This document shows, in pieces, positions 26,742 through 40,676 of a stretch of DNA of 64,000 bases (its first letter is position 1; the number at the start of each line of letters is the position of its first letter). Both the position numbers and the translations under genes were made by a program. Origin of the DNA: Octopus vulgaris (lineage: Eukaryota). Under the pieces are notes generated by a model. That model was not told where the DNA came from. It ran no database searches and worked only from the letters and a program-made list of their open reading frames with translations. Where the stretch lies: NCBI GenBank assembly GCA_951406725.2, contig OX597830.1, positions 13,702,001 to 13,766,000 on the forward strand. Reading direction: 5' to 3'.

Positions 26742-27142
26742 AGTGGCTGTGTGGTAAGTAGCTTGTTTACCAACCACATGGTTCCGTGTTCAGTCCCACT
26801 GTGTGACATCTTGGGCAAGTGTCTTCTACTATAGCCTCGGGCCGACCAAAGCCTTGTGAGTAAATTTGGTAGACGGAAACTGAAAGAAGCCCGTCGTATA
26901 TATGTATATATGTGTGCGTGTGTGTGTTTGTGTATCTGTATTTGTCCCCCTAGCATTGCTTGACAACCGATGATGGTGTGCTTATGTCCCCGTTACTTAG
27001 CGGTTCGGTAAAAGAGACCGATAAAATAAGTACTGGGCTTACAAAAGAATAAGTCCCAGGGTCGAGTTGCTCGATTAAAGGCGGTGCTCCAGCATGGCCG
27101 CAGTCAAATGACTGAAACAAGTAAAAGAGTAAAAAGAGTAAA
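26738..27142 (+). mobile_element. tRNA-headed CORE-like SINE (family B)
   Basis: TGGCTGTGTGGTAAG, GTTCAGTCCC, CORE-like CTTGGGCAAGTG, internal (TG)n, tail (GTAAAAGA)n; near-identical copy at 51522-51936 (-). Confidence 0.9.
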
Positions 27143-29164
27143 GAGATATATATATATATGTATATATAAAACGAAAGAAACAAATGGGCAAGGACAGTCA
27201 CAGAAGAAATAAAAACCGTTTTAAAGAGTTCGTATACATAAAGAGTTCCCTGATTTACGTTAAAATTAAGACACGAAGTATCACTAATTGGATAGATCTT
27301 AAAATCTTAGAAAAATAGGATTTCAAAAGATTCAAGTAACTTTGAGAAACAAAAGAATACTTCTCGGTGATTTTGGGGAGAGGAGAGAAGGAATGGGTAC
27401 AGTTGGGTTGAGAGAAAGACAGAGAGTTGGAGTAATGAAGAGCCCTTCGAGAGATAAAGTAGAGTTGGCGGGGGAACGCGAAAAGAAAAGAGGAACGAAT
27501 AAAGTGTTAGAGCTAGAATGGAAGGAAAATAGAATGATATAACAATGGAAAGATAGATAAGACCAGTAAACAGCGAAAACGGTTTGCTTCTTCCGTCGTT
27601 GGTGGATGGTATTGCAGAGACAGTAACTCCCTCTGCTGTGCCTGGGTTGTTTCCAGAATGAAGTGCATAGCCCCAATTACACGTAGCATCTCTCAACTCA
27701 TGGATGTGCCACGAAGGAAAGACAAGGAATTACACTCGAATCATCTACAAAGTTAAATATATAAGTCAGGTATAACTGTACATATCATTTTTAGGGCTAA
27801 CATGTTCTGGTTTACTCTCTAGATAAAAATACAGATAGTTAATTGAAAGCAGTAATTAGTTAAAGGTAAACATAATAAAATAACAAAGGATAAATTCAAG
27901 ATAAATACCTAAAAATAGAATGAGAGAGCGAGAGTGAGACAGAAATAACTAGAGAGAAAGAGGGAGAGAGAAAAAGAGGGAGAGAGAAGCGTTCATGACG
28001 TGAGGTAGAGGGAACGTAATATTTATTAGGTGGTTAAAAAAAGTTAGTTGACGGTAGGGGAGGATAGTTAATAATGTAATTTTAGCAGAGGGGTGATGTT
28101 CTGATGGTGAGATTAAAGAAAGACAGAGAGAGATAGAGGAGAGAGAGAGAGAGGGGGAGAGAGAGGAGGGAGAGAGAGATAGAGGAGAGAGATAGAGATA
28201 GAGGAGAGAGAGAGGAGAGAGGAGAGAGGAGGAAGAGGAGGGAGAGGGGAGAAAGATGATGATAGTGGTGGTGGTGGTGGTGGTGATTGTGTAGTGAAGT
28301 GTATTTTTTAATTGAACTATTTTTTTTTTATATCACCTATCACTTAATTCATGCTCATAGGTGCAATTCCGTGAAATATTCAAGCTTATTTACGTGGCAG
28401 TTTTATGTAATTTAGCTAAAGGTTGTATCATATATACGGGATACTTTTGTTTTGTTTAAGGGAAAACTGGAAAAGTAAGAGTGAATATTTATTTTATGTC
28501 AGCAGCAGCGAAACGTTAACATAATATATCCATTACGTCAATACCTTGCGACGTCACTGGTGTCAAGCTGTATCGACATTATTGTAAACGATTAGTATTT
28601 CGTTATAGTTACGAAACTGTAGAATGAAAGCAAAGAGGTTACTCCTAAAAAGGACATTGTAATCCTAGAATTATAATAGGAAGGAATGAACGAACTAAAT
28701 ATATTAAGGAAAAATTATTCTCAACATGATAACACCAAACCAATGAACATCAAAGAATTTAAATCATATAAACTTTACGACGAACACAAACTAATAGATA
28801 GGTTGTTTCCCAGTATATATCGCATCATGTAAGTCCATCCTGAGTTCTGGACCACCATTTCTGTCAAAGAGTCTCGGATATTTCTTTTGTTTATGGTTTC
28901 ACAGAAATCGCCCATTCCCTTGGGATATTTTGTTTTCAGTTTGTTGCTTTGTTTTTATAATTTTTATGTGAATAGGGGTGTTGTTCGGGGCGGGGGGTGT
29001 ATTAATTTTGTATTCATTTGTATTATCGAGTGTGCTTTATTAGTTTCCTTTTTGTAGCTATGGCTGTGTAACTGTGATGCCTTTGGATTGCTGTTCACGT
29101 TCTTGACCTGGATTGTTGTGCTTTCGCTTGTTGAGGTGTTTGTAATGTTGGTGGTATTGTCTAG

Positions 29165-29350
29165 GTAAAGAAGAGCTCATATTCATGAACATGTACTCTC
29201 GCTATGTCGATGATATCAACATAATACTAAAGGCACCCCACAAGAGAGTACCCTTAAAATAGAAGTAGAAACTAATTCTATAGAGAGCATCCAGCAAATA
29301 GCTAACTCCATCCACCAGAGTATAGACAAAATTCCTAGCTTTACAGTTTG
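29165..29350 (+). mobile_element. Chimeric PLE fragment (YVDD region plus pieces of the EN region)
   Basis: Matches 31018-31030, then 30079-30206, then the reverse complement of ~30878-30906. Confidence 0.8.
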
Positions 29351-29759
29351 TTTTACGTTAGTGTAGAGTGTGTGGGTGTGTGAGTGCGTGATGGTTCGTT
29401 GATTTCCGTGTCTCCCCCTCTAATCTCTTCATTTATTATCTTGTAGACCAATTTTCATCTCGTAATACTTGGCTAGTAAGATCAAAGATTTTCAACACTC
29501 GGCCATTTTGTATTCCTGTTTTTGTGTCTTTATTTGCGCATGCATATATCCCTGTGTGTGTCTATGTTTATTAAGTGTGTGTGAGGGAATGTGTTTGGTA
29601 CCTGCATTATCAGTATCCTCAGTTTATTCACATTCATTTAATTATTTATTTTATTCATGTTTTTATCTACTTACTCTTTCCTTTCATTATTTTTTGTAAA
29701 AATTAAATTTATTATATTTTGTTTATAATGAATATCTAGAAAAATATGACCTTAAAAGT

Positions 29760-31243
29760 TTCTGCCCCAGTAGACGTTTAAGAAGCAGACTCCCTACAAT
29801 TACAGCTATTGCTAAGAAGACCACCTATATAGAGATGGAGCGGATGGACTAGAGCCATGCGGAGCCTCCGGAAACCAATATCAAGGAAAGAAAATGATCG
29901 CACATGCACTAGGAGCTAATATAAGAGTTACCCTAAAGGGCCACACATTTAAGTTTAACAACAAAATATACGCCCGGGATGAGGGGGCGGCCATCGGGAT
30001 TAGCATCGCCGTGCTGTGGCCAACCTTTTCATGGTATGGTGGGACAGGAGGATTAAAGAACGCCTAGCACAGAACTCCATATTCATGAACATGTACTCTC
30101 ACTATGTCGATGATATCAACATAATGCTAAAGGCACCCCACAAGAGAGTACCCTTAAATACTATAGAGAGCATCCAGCAAATAGCTAACTCCATCCACCA
30201 GAGTATTAGAGTCACGATAGACTAAACTATGCAACACCCTAAACATAGACTACCAATACTCGATACAAAACTCTGGCCGGAAACTGTGAATAATACAACC
30301 CAAATCCTCCATTCACTCTATGCCAAACCTATGGCTTCCAAATACCTGATCCACCGGAACACCGCTATCTTGGACAATGCCAAATTCAGTATATTGACAG
30401 CAGACCTCATCAGAATAATGAGAAATGTATCCCGCATGTGCGACCCTACAGAATTAAGGAGAGGCATACAACATTCGTTCACCGCATGCAGTTCTCAGGA
30501 TACAGGTGTAGAGAAAGGATCAGAGTATATAAAGGAGCCATGAGGAAATTTGAAACTATCATACGAAACGTTAGGAATGGGATTTGCCCACTCTATAGGA
30601 GCAAGTCATGGAATACCATTGAAAGGACTAAGAAGAAAGTAGGGAATACCAACTCATGGTATGATAGCCACAAATACCAGAGTGTCATGTTCATCGACAT
30701 CACCCCTAGAGGCGAACTGGCGTACCGCTTTTGAAGGGCCCTAGACAAACTGAAGCTAACTATTATGGTTGTAGAAAGGCCAGGCAACCCTATCAAATCC
30801 TTAATCGGTAGAATCTAGTTTTAGTAGAACCCCCGGTACTGATAGGAACTGTACTGTATGTAGACTTAGCCTACAAACAAACTGTAAAGCTAGGAATTTT
30901 GTCTATAGTATGAGATGTACAGCGGGACGGTGCAGAAACAAGAAAAATTTCGTACGTAAGGGAGACAACACGGAGCAGAGGAGAACAGGTAAGTGAACAT
31001 TGGAGGGAACTTAAGGAAAAGAAGAGCTCATCGGTTCTATACCAGCACGCCGAGCAGGAACATGGGGGCTCAGTCAACAACATAGAAGTTAAAATCTTGT
31101 CCACACATAGAACGGACGCAACGCTTAGACAAATTACGGAAGCTACACACATAATAGAAGATAAGCGTAGCTTAAATAGAAAACTAGAATGGAAAAGTAG
31201 CACACAACCCTCATCACACCATGACAGAATAAGATCCCAATAA
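29760..31243 (+). pseudogene. PLE reverse transcriptase / GIY-YIG endonuclease pseudogene
   Basis: HTFKFNNKIYARDEGAAIG, VANLFMVWWD, YVDD (30103-30114), LPILDTKLW, YAKPMASK; EN-like SYVRETTRS..EH..LYQHAEQEH..RQITEA..LNRKLEW; multiple stops and frameshifts. Confidence 0.88.
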
Positions 31244-31573
31244 ACTTATAATAATATGAAACTAATACACTAGACAGATAAATGGAATTAAATAATTATA
31301 CACACAAACAAAATATAATAGATTAAATTAAATTAATGCAAAAAAGAAATAAATAGAAAAGAAAGTCGATAAAAACAAAGGAATAAAATAAATAATCAAA
31401 CGAAGGGGAATAAACAGGTGATAGGGATAATGCAGGTACCATACACATTCCCACACATACACACTTACTAAACATAGACATACACAGGGATATACGCATG
31501 CGCAAATAAAGACACATACAACAGGAATACAAAAATGGAGGACACAAAAAAAAAAGGAAGAAGAAAGCAAAGG

Positions 31574-31616
31574 AGCACTGATGAGTTCACAGAAGTGTGA
31601 CGAAAGAACTCTGGCT
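31574..31616 (+). ncRNA. Minimal hammerhead motif in the PLE 3' pLTR
   Basis: CTGATGA-G(T)TCACA-GAAG-TGTGAC-GAAA-GAAC-TC; stem I is weak. Confidence 0.6.
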
Positions 31617-31796
31617 GAAATGCAATTAATATAAAATAAAGCTGAAGCAAGTGAACACCAAATATATAGTGCGTGTGTTTTTAATGGCCAAACTGGCAAC
31701 ATGACCATCCCCAAATACAACACTATCTGTTTCATCACACGAATTCACATCAAGAATGTTGCAAAACGAATATATAAACGTATATATATATATATA

Positions 31797-32002
31797 ATAA
31801 GCCATTTAAGAAACACACAAAAACCGTTAGATTCACTTCAACATTTAAATTTAATTTGTCAAAAAATTGCCCACTCTATAGGAACAAGTTATGGAATACC
31901 ATTGAAAGGACTAAGAAGAAAATAGGGAAAGCCAACTTGACAAATTAAATTTAAATGTTGAAGTGAATCGAACGGTTTTTGTGTGTTTCTTAAATGGCTT
32001 AT
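31797..32002. repeat. Foldback with ~66-bp inverted arms around a captured PLE ORF fragment
   Basis: Arms 31797-31862/31937-32002; the spacer matches 30584-30653. Confidence 0.85.
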
Positions 32003-33980
32003 AAACACCTTCCGCGCTGCAATTGTTTTCGTTCCAGCACACGATCTCAGATCAAGTCACTCGCTATGCTATATATCACATGCTATATATCACATTATAT
32101 ATACATATATATATATATATAATGTGATATATATACATATATACATACGTACATATATATATATATATACACAAATACATACACGCACAAACGCACATAC
32201 ACATACACACACACACACGTATATTATGGCAGACCCACAGGTCACATTTTACTGAATCTATACAGTTGATGTAGTCATTTCATTAATGTCAGATTTGCTC
32301 CAGTCGTCTATCACTATTGCTTGATCATGTACACGAAATATTTTCAATGGGCGAATATTTTACTACAGAAACAGTGGCTTGTGTTACTGCTCAAAATATA
32401 TTAACATGTTTATGTCAGACCATTTTATTAGTGTTTTAATTTTGTTCTCACTTTTTTCATCAAGTCCACTTTTGTATATTTTGGGCTATATTTATAGGCT
32501 GTTGCTTATTGATGCTTCACTCATGCACAGCTCTTCATCTAGGACTGCTCGAATCGATGTATTCTTTCCGTTATTAAAGCGGTAGTATACGAATCGAGGA
32601 TGATGTAGTTGCCATTTTAAGCAGGTCAAGTTAACCTTTAGATGACTTATAAGTAACTGATTCTAACAGAAATGAACACTTAAAGCCTTGTAAAGTCTTA
32701 GTTGTAACACAATCTTGAGAAAGTTAATGACAAGCGACCCTGAAAAATGGCAGAAAATGATGAGAAAGATGGGTGGAAGGGTTAATAAGGAGGAGGAACA
32801 AAAGTACACTCGCAGGAATACATGCACACAGAAAAACACACACACACACACATAAACATACGTGCAAACAATAAACATATACATGCATACACTCGTACAT
32901 ACAGACATACATTATCTATACAGAATTGGTCTCTAGACGTCTGGTTCATTCGTATCGAAATACACTCCTGACTTTTGTTGTTTCTCATTTGTACTTTATA
33001 TATTAGCTCCAGCTGGGCATGGATTAGTGGAAATAGGTCGCATGTTTAATAAATTTGCTCGCAATCATAAATTTGTGCTGAGCATCGCTTTAGGCAAATG
33101 TTATCAGATTGATTCAAGTGTTGCTCGTAAAATTGAATTAGATTTACGTACTCCTCGAAGGACTAGTTTTAATTTTCGCACTCGTGTCACGCTGCTTGAG
33201 ACTTAAAACTATATTAAGGATACATTTGTGTATCCTTAATATAGTAACTCTAAGGGTAGATAGCCTAGTGAATCGATTAACTTGCATACTCATCGTTGAA
33301 ACTGACGAAGGATCCATTTACTTATGGTAAGACGAATCTCGCGTTAGTTATTTATCAACTCTGGGTCAGCTTTGGTTGGACAAATATATTACAAGTAGAT
33401 AGGGGTTGTGGGGTAACTATACATGATTCACAGATCCGTTATGTACTAGCTTTCTGAGTTCAGATAAACATTAAAAACGCATAAACATATCATCATATTC
33501 TCCATTAGCCCTAAATAATAATATATGCAGAAAAGCAATTGTCGCACATTGACGGATCAATCTCGCTTCAATTTGGTTATTTACTCTTGGGCTGTATGAA
33601 CCATGAATAGCTACATTTTATTCATTAGAAAATAAACGTCTGGTCATTGCTATATTTATATACATTTAAATTCTTCTTTTGTAATTACTCGAGCCTAAAT
33701 CATTTTTCTCTATGCAGCTGCAATAACATTCAAATGAAGTCTTAAATTCTTTATTAAAGTTTCAATGTCTAATGAATCTTTTGCATTTTCCTTTTGTCCA
33801 AAGTATCGAGTAATGTCATCGTTACTCATGAATGTATTTTATTTTGCTAATGTCTTGAAATAAAAACCATTTCACTGTATATTGGTCAGTAAGGAAAGCA
33901 ATTGTATATACGTTAAAACATACGCAAAGAAGTACGCTCACATACAACACATTGCAAATAATATAAACATATGTAGAATG

Positions 33981-34017
<37 letters not shown>

Positions 34018-34527
34018 ACTTATAAACAAGGGCTAAAGAAAATTATTCTATGCCAATATGTTGATAACAGACTTTTAAATCGTCAATTTCCACATATTAT
34101 TTACTCGCTACAGAAAATACGTAGAGCTGAATCGAGGAAAGCTACCCAACAGAATTTTTTAAAAAGTTCGTAATTTCTATATTGAATCAATTTCGGAATT
34201 AATCTCATAATAGATTTTTTCTTCCTCAGTAGAAAATACGAAAAAAGAAATAAATGAAATACTTACATGCGCCCATGGAAAAAAGCCGAGGCAAAAATCA
34301 TGAGTACATATAAGTAAACCAGATATATCTAAATATGAAATCCTTTGGTCAGCCTCAGCACACGTGTGAACTGTTCGCCACTACAGCTTATAGTGGTTAC
34401 CAGTCCCTATATTGAGTAGTATATATATATATAATTAAATAAAAAGGGTAGGAATTGATATTAATCAATTAAAACCAGTGACTTAGCATATTTAAGAAAA
34501 ATCGAAATTTAGAAATTGTGTTACATA

Positions 34528-35033
34528 CAAAATTTAGAGGAATGTCCGCTAAAGTGGACATCCTTTATAATAAACATAGACGTCAAATCGCCATTACCAC
34601 GGAGAATGTGTTCTCAAGAAAAATCTCAGCAAAAAAACAAAATGTAAAAATAAGCAAGTCAAATGAAAATATACGAAATAAAAAACGATTACTACCATTG
34701 GTTTCACTTGTTAATATTTACGTATATGAAAACGTAAATATCTGCAAGATCGTCAGCATAGTCTGTCGTTTACAAAACATAATTTCCATGTAAACGACAG
34801 ACTATGCTGATAATCTTGCAGATATTTACGTTTTCATATACGTAAATATTAACAAATGAAACCACTGGTAGTAATCGTTTTTTATTTCGTATATTTTCAT
34901 TTGACTTGCTTATTTTTACATTTTGGATTTTTGCTGAGATTTTTCTTGAGAACACATTCTTCGTGGTAATGGCGATTTGACGTCTATGTTTAGCATAAAG
35001 GATGTCGACTTTAGTGGTCATTCCTCTAAATTT
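34528..35033. mobile_element. Large foldback (~245-bp arms, 14-nt spacer), each arm with a hammerhead motif
   Basis: Arms 34528-34774/34789-35033; CTGACGA..CTTG/CAAG..GAAA-CCAATGG-TA at 34683-34771 (-), and a mutated copy at 34792-34880 (+). Confidence 0.85.
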
Positions 35034-35250
35034 CATATATATATGGCGGTGCCCTAGCATGGCCACAGCTCGTGAGCTGAAACTAGATAAAATAAAAAAA
35101 CTTGTACCGGTTTCAGTCATTAACTTGGAGTCATATTGGTGTACTACAATCAGAATTTTTAGTCGAATGAATTAGAAAATTAGTATTTTAAAATCTCACA
35201 GCGAGAGATACTTAGCAACAGAACTTTGTAGTAAAGTTCTGTAGTAAAGT

Positions 35251-35721
35251 TCGGCGAGCTGGCAGAAATGTTAGCACACCGGGCGAAATGCATAACGGTA
35301 TTAAGGCGGCGAGCCAGCAGAATCGTTAGCACGTCGGGCGAAATGCTTAGCGGTATTTCGGCTACCATTACGTTCTGAGTTCAAATTCCGTCGAGGTCGA
35401 ACTTGCCTTTCATCCTTTCGGGGTCGATTAAATAAGTACCAGTTACGCACTGGGGTCGATATAATCGACTTAATACCTAAGTCTGTTCTTGTTTGTCCTC
35501 TCTGTGTTTAGCCCCTTGTGGGTAGTAAAGAAATAGGTATTTCGTCTGCCGTTACGTTCTGAGTTCAAATTCCTGCAAGGTCAAATTTGCCTTTCATACT
35601 TTCGGGATCGATAAATTAAGTACCAGTTACGCACTGGAGTCGATGTAATCGACTCAATCCCTCTTTGTCTGACCTTGTTTGTCCCCTCTATGTTTAGCCC
35701 CTTGTAGGCAATAAAGAAATA
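35251..35721 (+). mobile_element. SINE family A nested inside SINE family A
   Basis: Inner copy ~35303-35535 flanked by GGTATT; outer flanks AGAACTTTGTAGTAAAG at 35220 and 35722. Confidence 0.88.
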
Positions 35722-35741
35722 AGAACTTTGTAGTAAAGATT

Positions 35742-35877
35742 GTTTGCTTGGTACTTATTCTATCGTACCCTTTTGCCGATACGCTAGGTTGCGGAGATGT
35801 AAACGCACAACACCGGTTGTCAAACGTTGGCTGGTTACTGCAGGGACAAATATAGACACAAAAACATACACAAGTAA

Positions 35878-35937
<60 letters not shown>

Positions 35938-36105
35938 GTACGAGGGGCTTCTTCCAGTTTCCGACTACAGAATCTACTCATAAAGCTTTGGTTGGCCCGA
36001 AACTACAGTAGCAGACACTTGCTCAAACGGCCAAGTAGTGGGACTGAATCCAGAAGCATATGGTCGGGAAGCAAACTTCTTACCAAACAGCCACGCCTGC
36101 GCCTA
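35742..36105 (-). mobile_element. SINE family B, older copy
   Basis: Diverged reverse-complement match to 26738-27040. Confidence 0.8.
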
Positions 36106-36110
36106 CATAG

Positions 36111-36163
<53 letters not shown>

Positions 36164-36276
36164 ATCATTAAAAATTCTAAGGGTAGTGAATATTCATCGA
36201 AAAATCCTTAGTTACCAGTGGTCTAGCGAGAAAGAAAAATTAGTCAATAGACTATATATTATTCAAAGAAGAATAC

Positions 36277-36399
36277 AGTGTACATTCAAACACAAAAGAG
36301 ATACCCGAAGAAATAGGATAGCCTTGGAGTTTTAACTGCTCTTTCTAGCGAGTCAGATATCCTATTCTTTGGGTATCTCTTTTGTGTTTGAACTTACAC

Positions 36400-36400
<1 letters not shown>
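36277..36400. repeat. Small foldback related to the tail of the 7320-7660 element
   Basis: 36325-36400 matches 7580-7655; 36277-36320 is the inverted copy of its end. Confidence 0.75.
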
Positions 36401-36432
<32 letters not shown>

Positions 36433-36931
36433 TTGTGTGTGTATAAATCACACACACACGCTTGCACATGCACGCCTATGGATATACACACACATATATG
36501 TATCTCTCTATGCGTATGCATGTGTGTGCTAAGTGACGGTGAACATGACAGAGGACAAAGTGAAAGGTGCAATTTATTAGTTTGGCATTATAAAAGTGTC
36601 ATTGAGGTTTTGAAGCCCACGTTAGAAAGAAAAGTGTGGGGAAAAAATAACAAACTGAGGCAATGGAGAATGTTGTTTTACTCGGTGGAGCTACATTTCA
36701 TATAATTGCCATACAAGAGCTGGCTTAGTCTGTTGTGCGTTGGATAAAATTCTTAGCAACATGTCGTCCGGTTTTTTACGTTTTCAGCTCATATGCCATC
36801 GAGGTCGACTTTGCTTTTCATTCTTTTAGCGTCAATAAAATAATTATGGCCCTAACATTGCTGGCCTTCAGTCAAAATCTGAAACCAGTATTGCTACACG
36901 GAACTTGATGTCTATTTTACTGATTGCTAGT

Positions 36932-37322
36932 GGGGATGGAAGCACTTCGTCGGTTACGACGACGAGGGTTCCGGTTGATCCGAATCAACGGAACAGCCTG
37001 CTCGTGAAATTAACGTGTAAGTGGCTGAGCACTCCACAGACACGTGCACCCTTAACGTAGTTCTCGGGGATATTCAGCGTGACACAGAGAGTGACAAGGC
37101 CGGCCCTTTGAAATACAGGTACAACAGAAACAGGAAGTAAGAGTGAGAGAGAAAGTTGTGGTGAAAGAGTACAGCAGGGATCACCACCATCCCCTGCCGG
37201 AGCCTCGTGGAGCTTTTAGGTGTTTTCGCTCAATAAACACTCACAACGCCCGGTTTGGGAATCGAAACCGCGATCCTATGACCGCGAGTCCGCTGCCCTA
37301 ACCACTGGGCCATTGCGCCTCC
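36932..37322 (-). mobile_element. tRNA-headed SINE (family C) with TSD
   Basis: Head GGAGGCGCAATGGCCCAGTGGTTAGGGC; TSD TGATTGCTAGT at 36921-36931 and 37323-37333; near-identical to 56787-57170. Confidence 0.92.
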
Positions 37323-37840
37323 TGATTGCTAGTACATTACGTTACAACGATGTTATTATTATATGATAATCACTTTTGTTAATAAATGGTTTTATTCAAT
37401 GTACGACCTCAAGATTGGTTTTCTAACGCCATAGATTACTCAAACGCTATAGAATACCGGCAACTTAGAAGAAATGGAATACGCAGCTACGATTCAATTT
37501 TCAATGGAATCCATTTCACACCATATATTTCGCTATTATACATCAAATATTCCTATATTTTTCTATACATTTGAGCCCTTTTTTGGTTCGACTTCGATTT
37601 TATTCGGGCAATTTTTACATCAAATCTATCAATTATGTCTTTAATGTCAACACTTTCAATGCCTAATTTTCGCTACAATTCTTTTCTAGAGCTTCTTTTT
37701 TTTTCTGTTTTAAAAATCCATTTCTTTTTCCTCACCATTTCAGATATGTATCTTTTCATTATTTATTATTATATTCATTTTTCATACTTTTCATATCCTA
37801 TTTCTTTTTACTTAATTTTTATTTTAGTTTCCCTTCTTGT

Positions 37841-37880
<40 letters not shown>

Positions 37881-38147
37881 TTTGTGAGATGGTGGGAAAT
37901 GCTGTTATCGTGTAATAAACTATACCTAAACACAGCAATTATAAATTATAAACTGGATGCGAAACATAGAGAACTCTTATTTCAGATGATAAACACTCAC
38001 AGATACAAATTCACTTGAGATTTAAAGACAAGCGAAACAGTTTATAACAAACGAACTGGAGAAGGAAAAAAATTGAAGTAAAAATAGTATATTTAAAACG
38101 AGCAAAAATTCCTAATTTTACCTATATTCCATGTTTTAATAACTCAA

Positions 38148-38191
<44 letters not shown>

Positions 38192-38846
38192 CACAATCAG
38201 TATATTTCTCTTCCTATGTATTTTTACAGGCTTTTACATCAATGTAATCTATTTCGTCTGTAATCTTGAAATATTTTTATTTCTCTTAGATTCCTCTCAG
38301 CTTTACACATTTATCGTTTTATTTATATTTTGTACATTTATCTACAGCTTTACCCGACTTCATTTTTTTTTCTCTCATTCCAGCGAAGTTTATGTCCATA
38401 TAAAGGGGCAGCAACATTAGTTGAAAAGTGAAGTTGACATCAACTATAAGTTATAAGCGAGGGAAAGAAATAATATTAAATAGACCCTTTACATAAATTT
38501 TTATCAAAGATAACATGTAAAAAGGCTACAAAAATGTTTCCACAAAATTAGAAAAAGAAAAGCCAAAAAGACGACCCATTGGTTAATTATTATTGAAAAT
38601 AGATGCAGAAGTGTTTCTCACTATTAGGAAGGTTGGAAAAGACTGAAAAATATTAAGAAAGAAGAGTAAAAAATAAATGAAAAAAAAATCAATATTTTGG
38701 ATTCAATAAGCGGTTTGAAAAAATAACTGACAGTCAAATAAATAACCATACATCATTTTGCGGAGACACAGGCGTACGCACAGTATTTGAATCACGCTCT
38801 CGTGCACACTCTCAAACACGTACACAAGTAATAACACATAATTACT

Positions 38847-38897
<51 letters not shown>

Positions 38898-38997
38898 ATA
38901 CGCACACACACATCTATATCTATATCTACGTCTACGTATGTATGTATGTACGTATGTATGTATGTATGTATCTATCTATCTACATACACACACACAT

Positions 38998-39028
<31 letters not shown>

Positions 39029-39181
39029 CATATATATACAACTCCGTGGACATGATTTTGAGTGTGTGTGTGTGTGTGTTTGTACGTATTTATAAACGTA
39101 TTCGTACACATGATTACACACAAGCACACACACACATGTGAGGGAGCAAAGAAATCCTTGTCAGCAGAATGAAAGCAAATG

Positions 39182-39189
<8 letters not shown>

Positions 39190-39267
<78 letters not shown>

Positions 39268-39272
39268 CATAC

Positions 39273-39322
<50 letters not shown>
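39190..39322. repeat. (TA)n microsatellite
   Basis: Directly visible. Confidence 0.95.
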
Positions 39323-39327
<5 letters not shown>

Positions 39328-39689
39328 ACAAGCATATAACCGCCCCCCAATGGTCACATACACATCTGATCTGGCAAAGACACAAACAGCGTAGCCATGC
39401 GCGTGTGTGTGAATGCGTGTGTATGTGAATGCGTGCGTGTGTGTGGTGTGTGTGTGTATGTGTGTGTGTGTGTACGTGTGTGTGTGTGTGAAAACAGCAA
39501 CAAGAATGGCAACATTAAATCAATGGAAATAAATAAATAAATAATTATATATTAAAATATTAACAATAACATTAAAAAGATGGAAGTTAAATTGAATTTA
39601 TTTTACTCCCTATTCTCAGAAGATAGGGAGGTGAGTGAGAAAAGTAAGAGAGGAAGGCTGGGGACAAAGGGTTGCGGGAAAGAAAGATA

Positions 39690-39692
<3 letters not shown>

Positions 39693-39756
<64 letters not shown>
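39693..39756. repeat. (GA)n microsatellite
   Basis: Directly visible. Confidence 0.95.
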
Positions 39757-39761
<5 letters not shown>

Positions 39762-40074
39762 GGGGAGAATTGGGGAGAGAGAGAGGAAGAGAAAGAAGTG
39801 GTGGCTAAATAATCAGTGAAATAGAGTTAAGATAACGTAGGGTGGAGATGGATGTGTGGGTGCACGCGCGTATGTGTGTGTATGTGTGTGTATGTTTGTG
39901 TATGTTTGTGTGTGTGTGAGCGTGCGATAACCGATCTGGTGCAAAATGGCGAATTAAAACGAAAAAAGAAACACCGTAAAAAACAGAGTTAGTGAAAGAT
40001 TGAATAAAGTGGAAAGACAGGGAATAATGACTTAAGACATGGTTCCTATCTCGTCAGATAGATGGCGTTGTCAA

Positions 40075-40131
40075 TGATGATAATGATGGTGGCGATAACA
40101 ATAAGTGAAATGCTGGTGGTTGTGATGATGG

Positions 40132-40195
<64 letters not shown>

Positions 40196-40226
40196 GATCA
40201 TGATGATGATGGTGATGGTGATGATA

Positions 40227-40258
<32 letters not shown>

Positions 40259-40350
40259 GGCAATGATGATGATGGTGGTGGTGGTGGTGGTGATGGTGAT
40301 GGTGATGATGATGATGATGTTGATGATGATGGCAATGATGATGGTGGTGG

Positions 40351-40412
<62 letters not shown>

Positions 40413-40627
40413 ATGATGATGATAATGATGATGATAATGATGATGATGATTATGGTGATGATGATGATGATGGTGATAACAATAAGTAAAATGCTGGTGG
40501 TTGTGATGATGATGATGGTGATGATGATGATGATGATGATGATGATAATGATGGTGATGATGATGGTGATGACGTTGATGACGATGTTGGTGATGATGAT
40601 GATGATGATGATGATGATATGTGATGG

Positions 40628-40676
<49 letters not shown>

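Larger units (their letters stand above)
29502..31780 (+). mobile_element. Penelope-like element: inverted partial pLTR, RT and GIY-YIG remnant, 3' pLTR with hammerhead
   Basis: 29502-29725 is the reverse complement of 31306-31539; the coding remnant lies between them; hammerhead-like motif at 31574-31616. Confidence 0.88.

Noticed and set aside
28001-28022. let-7-like TGAGGTAG (also at ~1494)
   Set aside because: Only the seed matches; the 1494 instance is inside a SINE.
33301-33350. CTGACGA..GACGAATC hammerhead-like string
   Set aside because: No stem II or GAAA; it looks like the tail of a decayed SINE.
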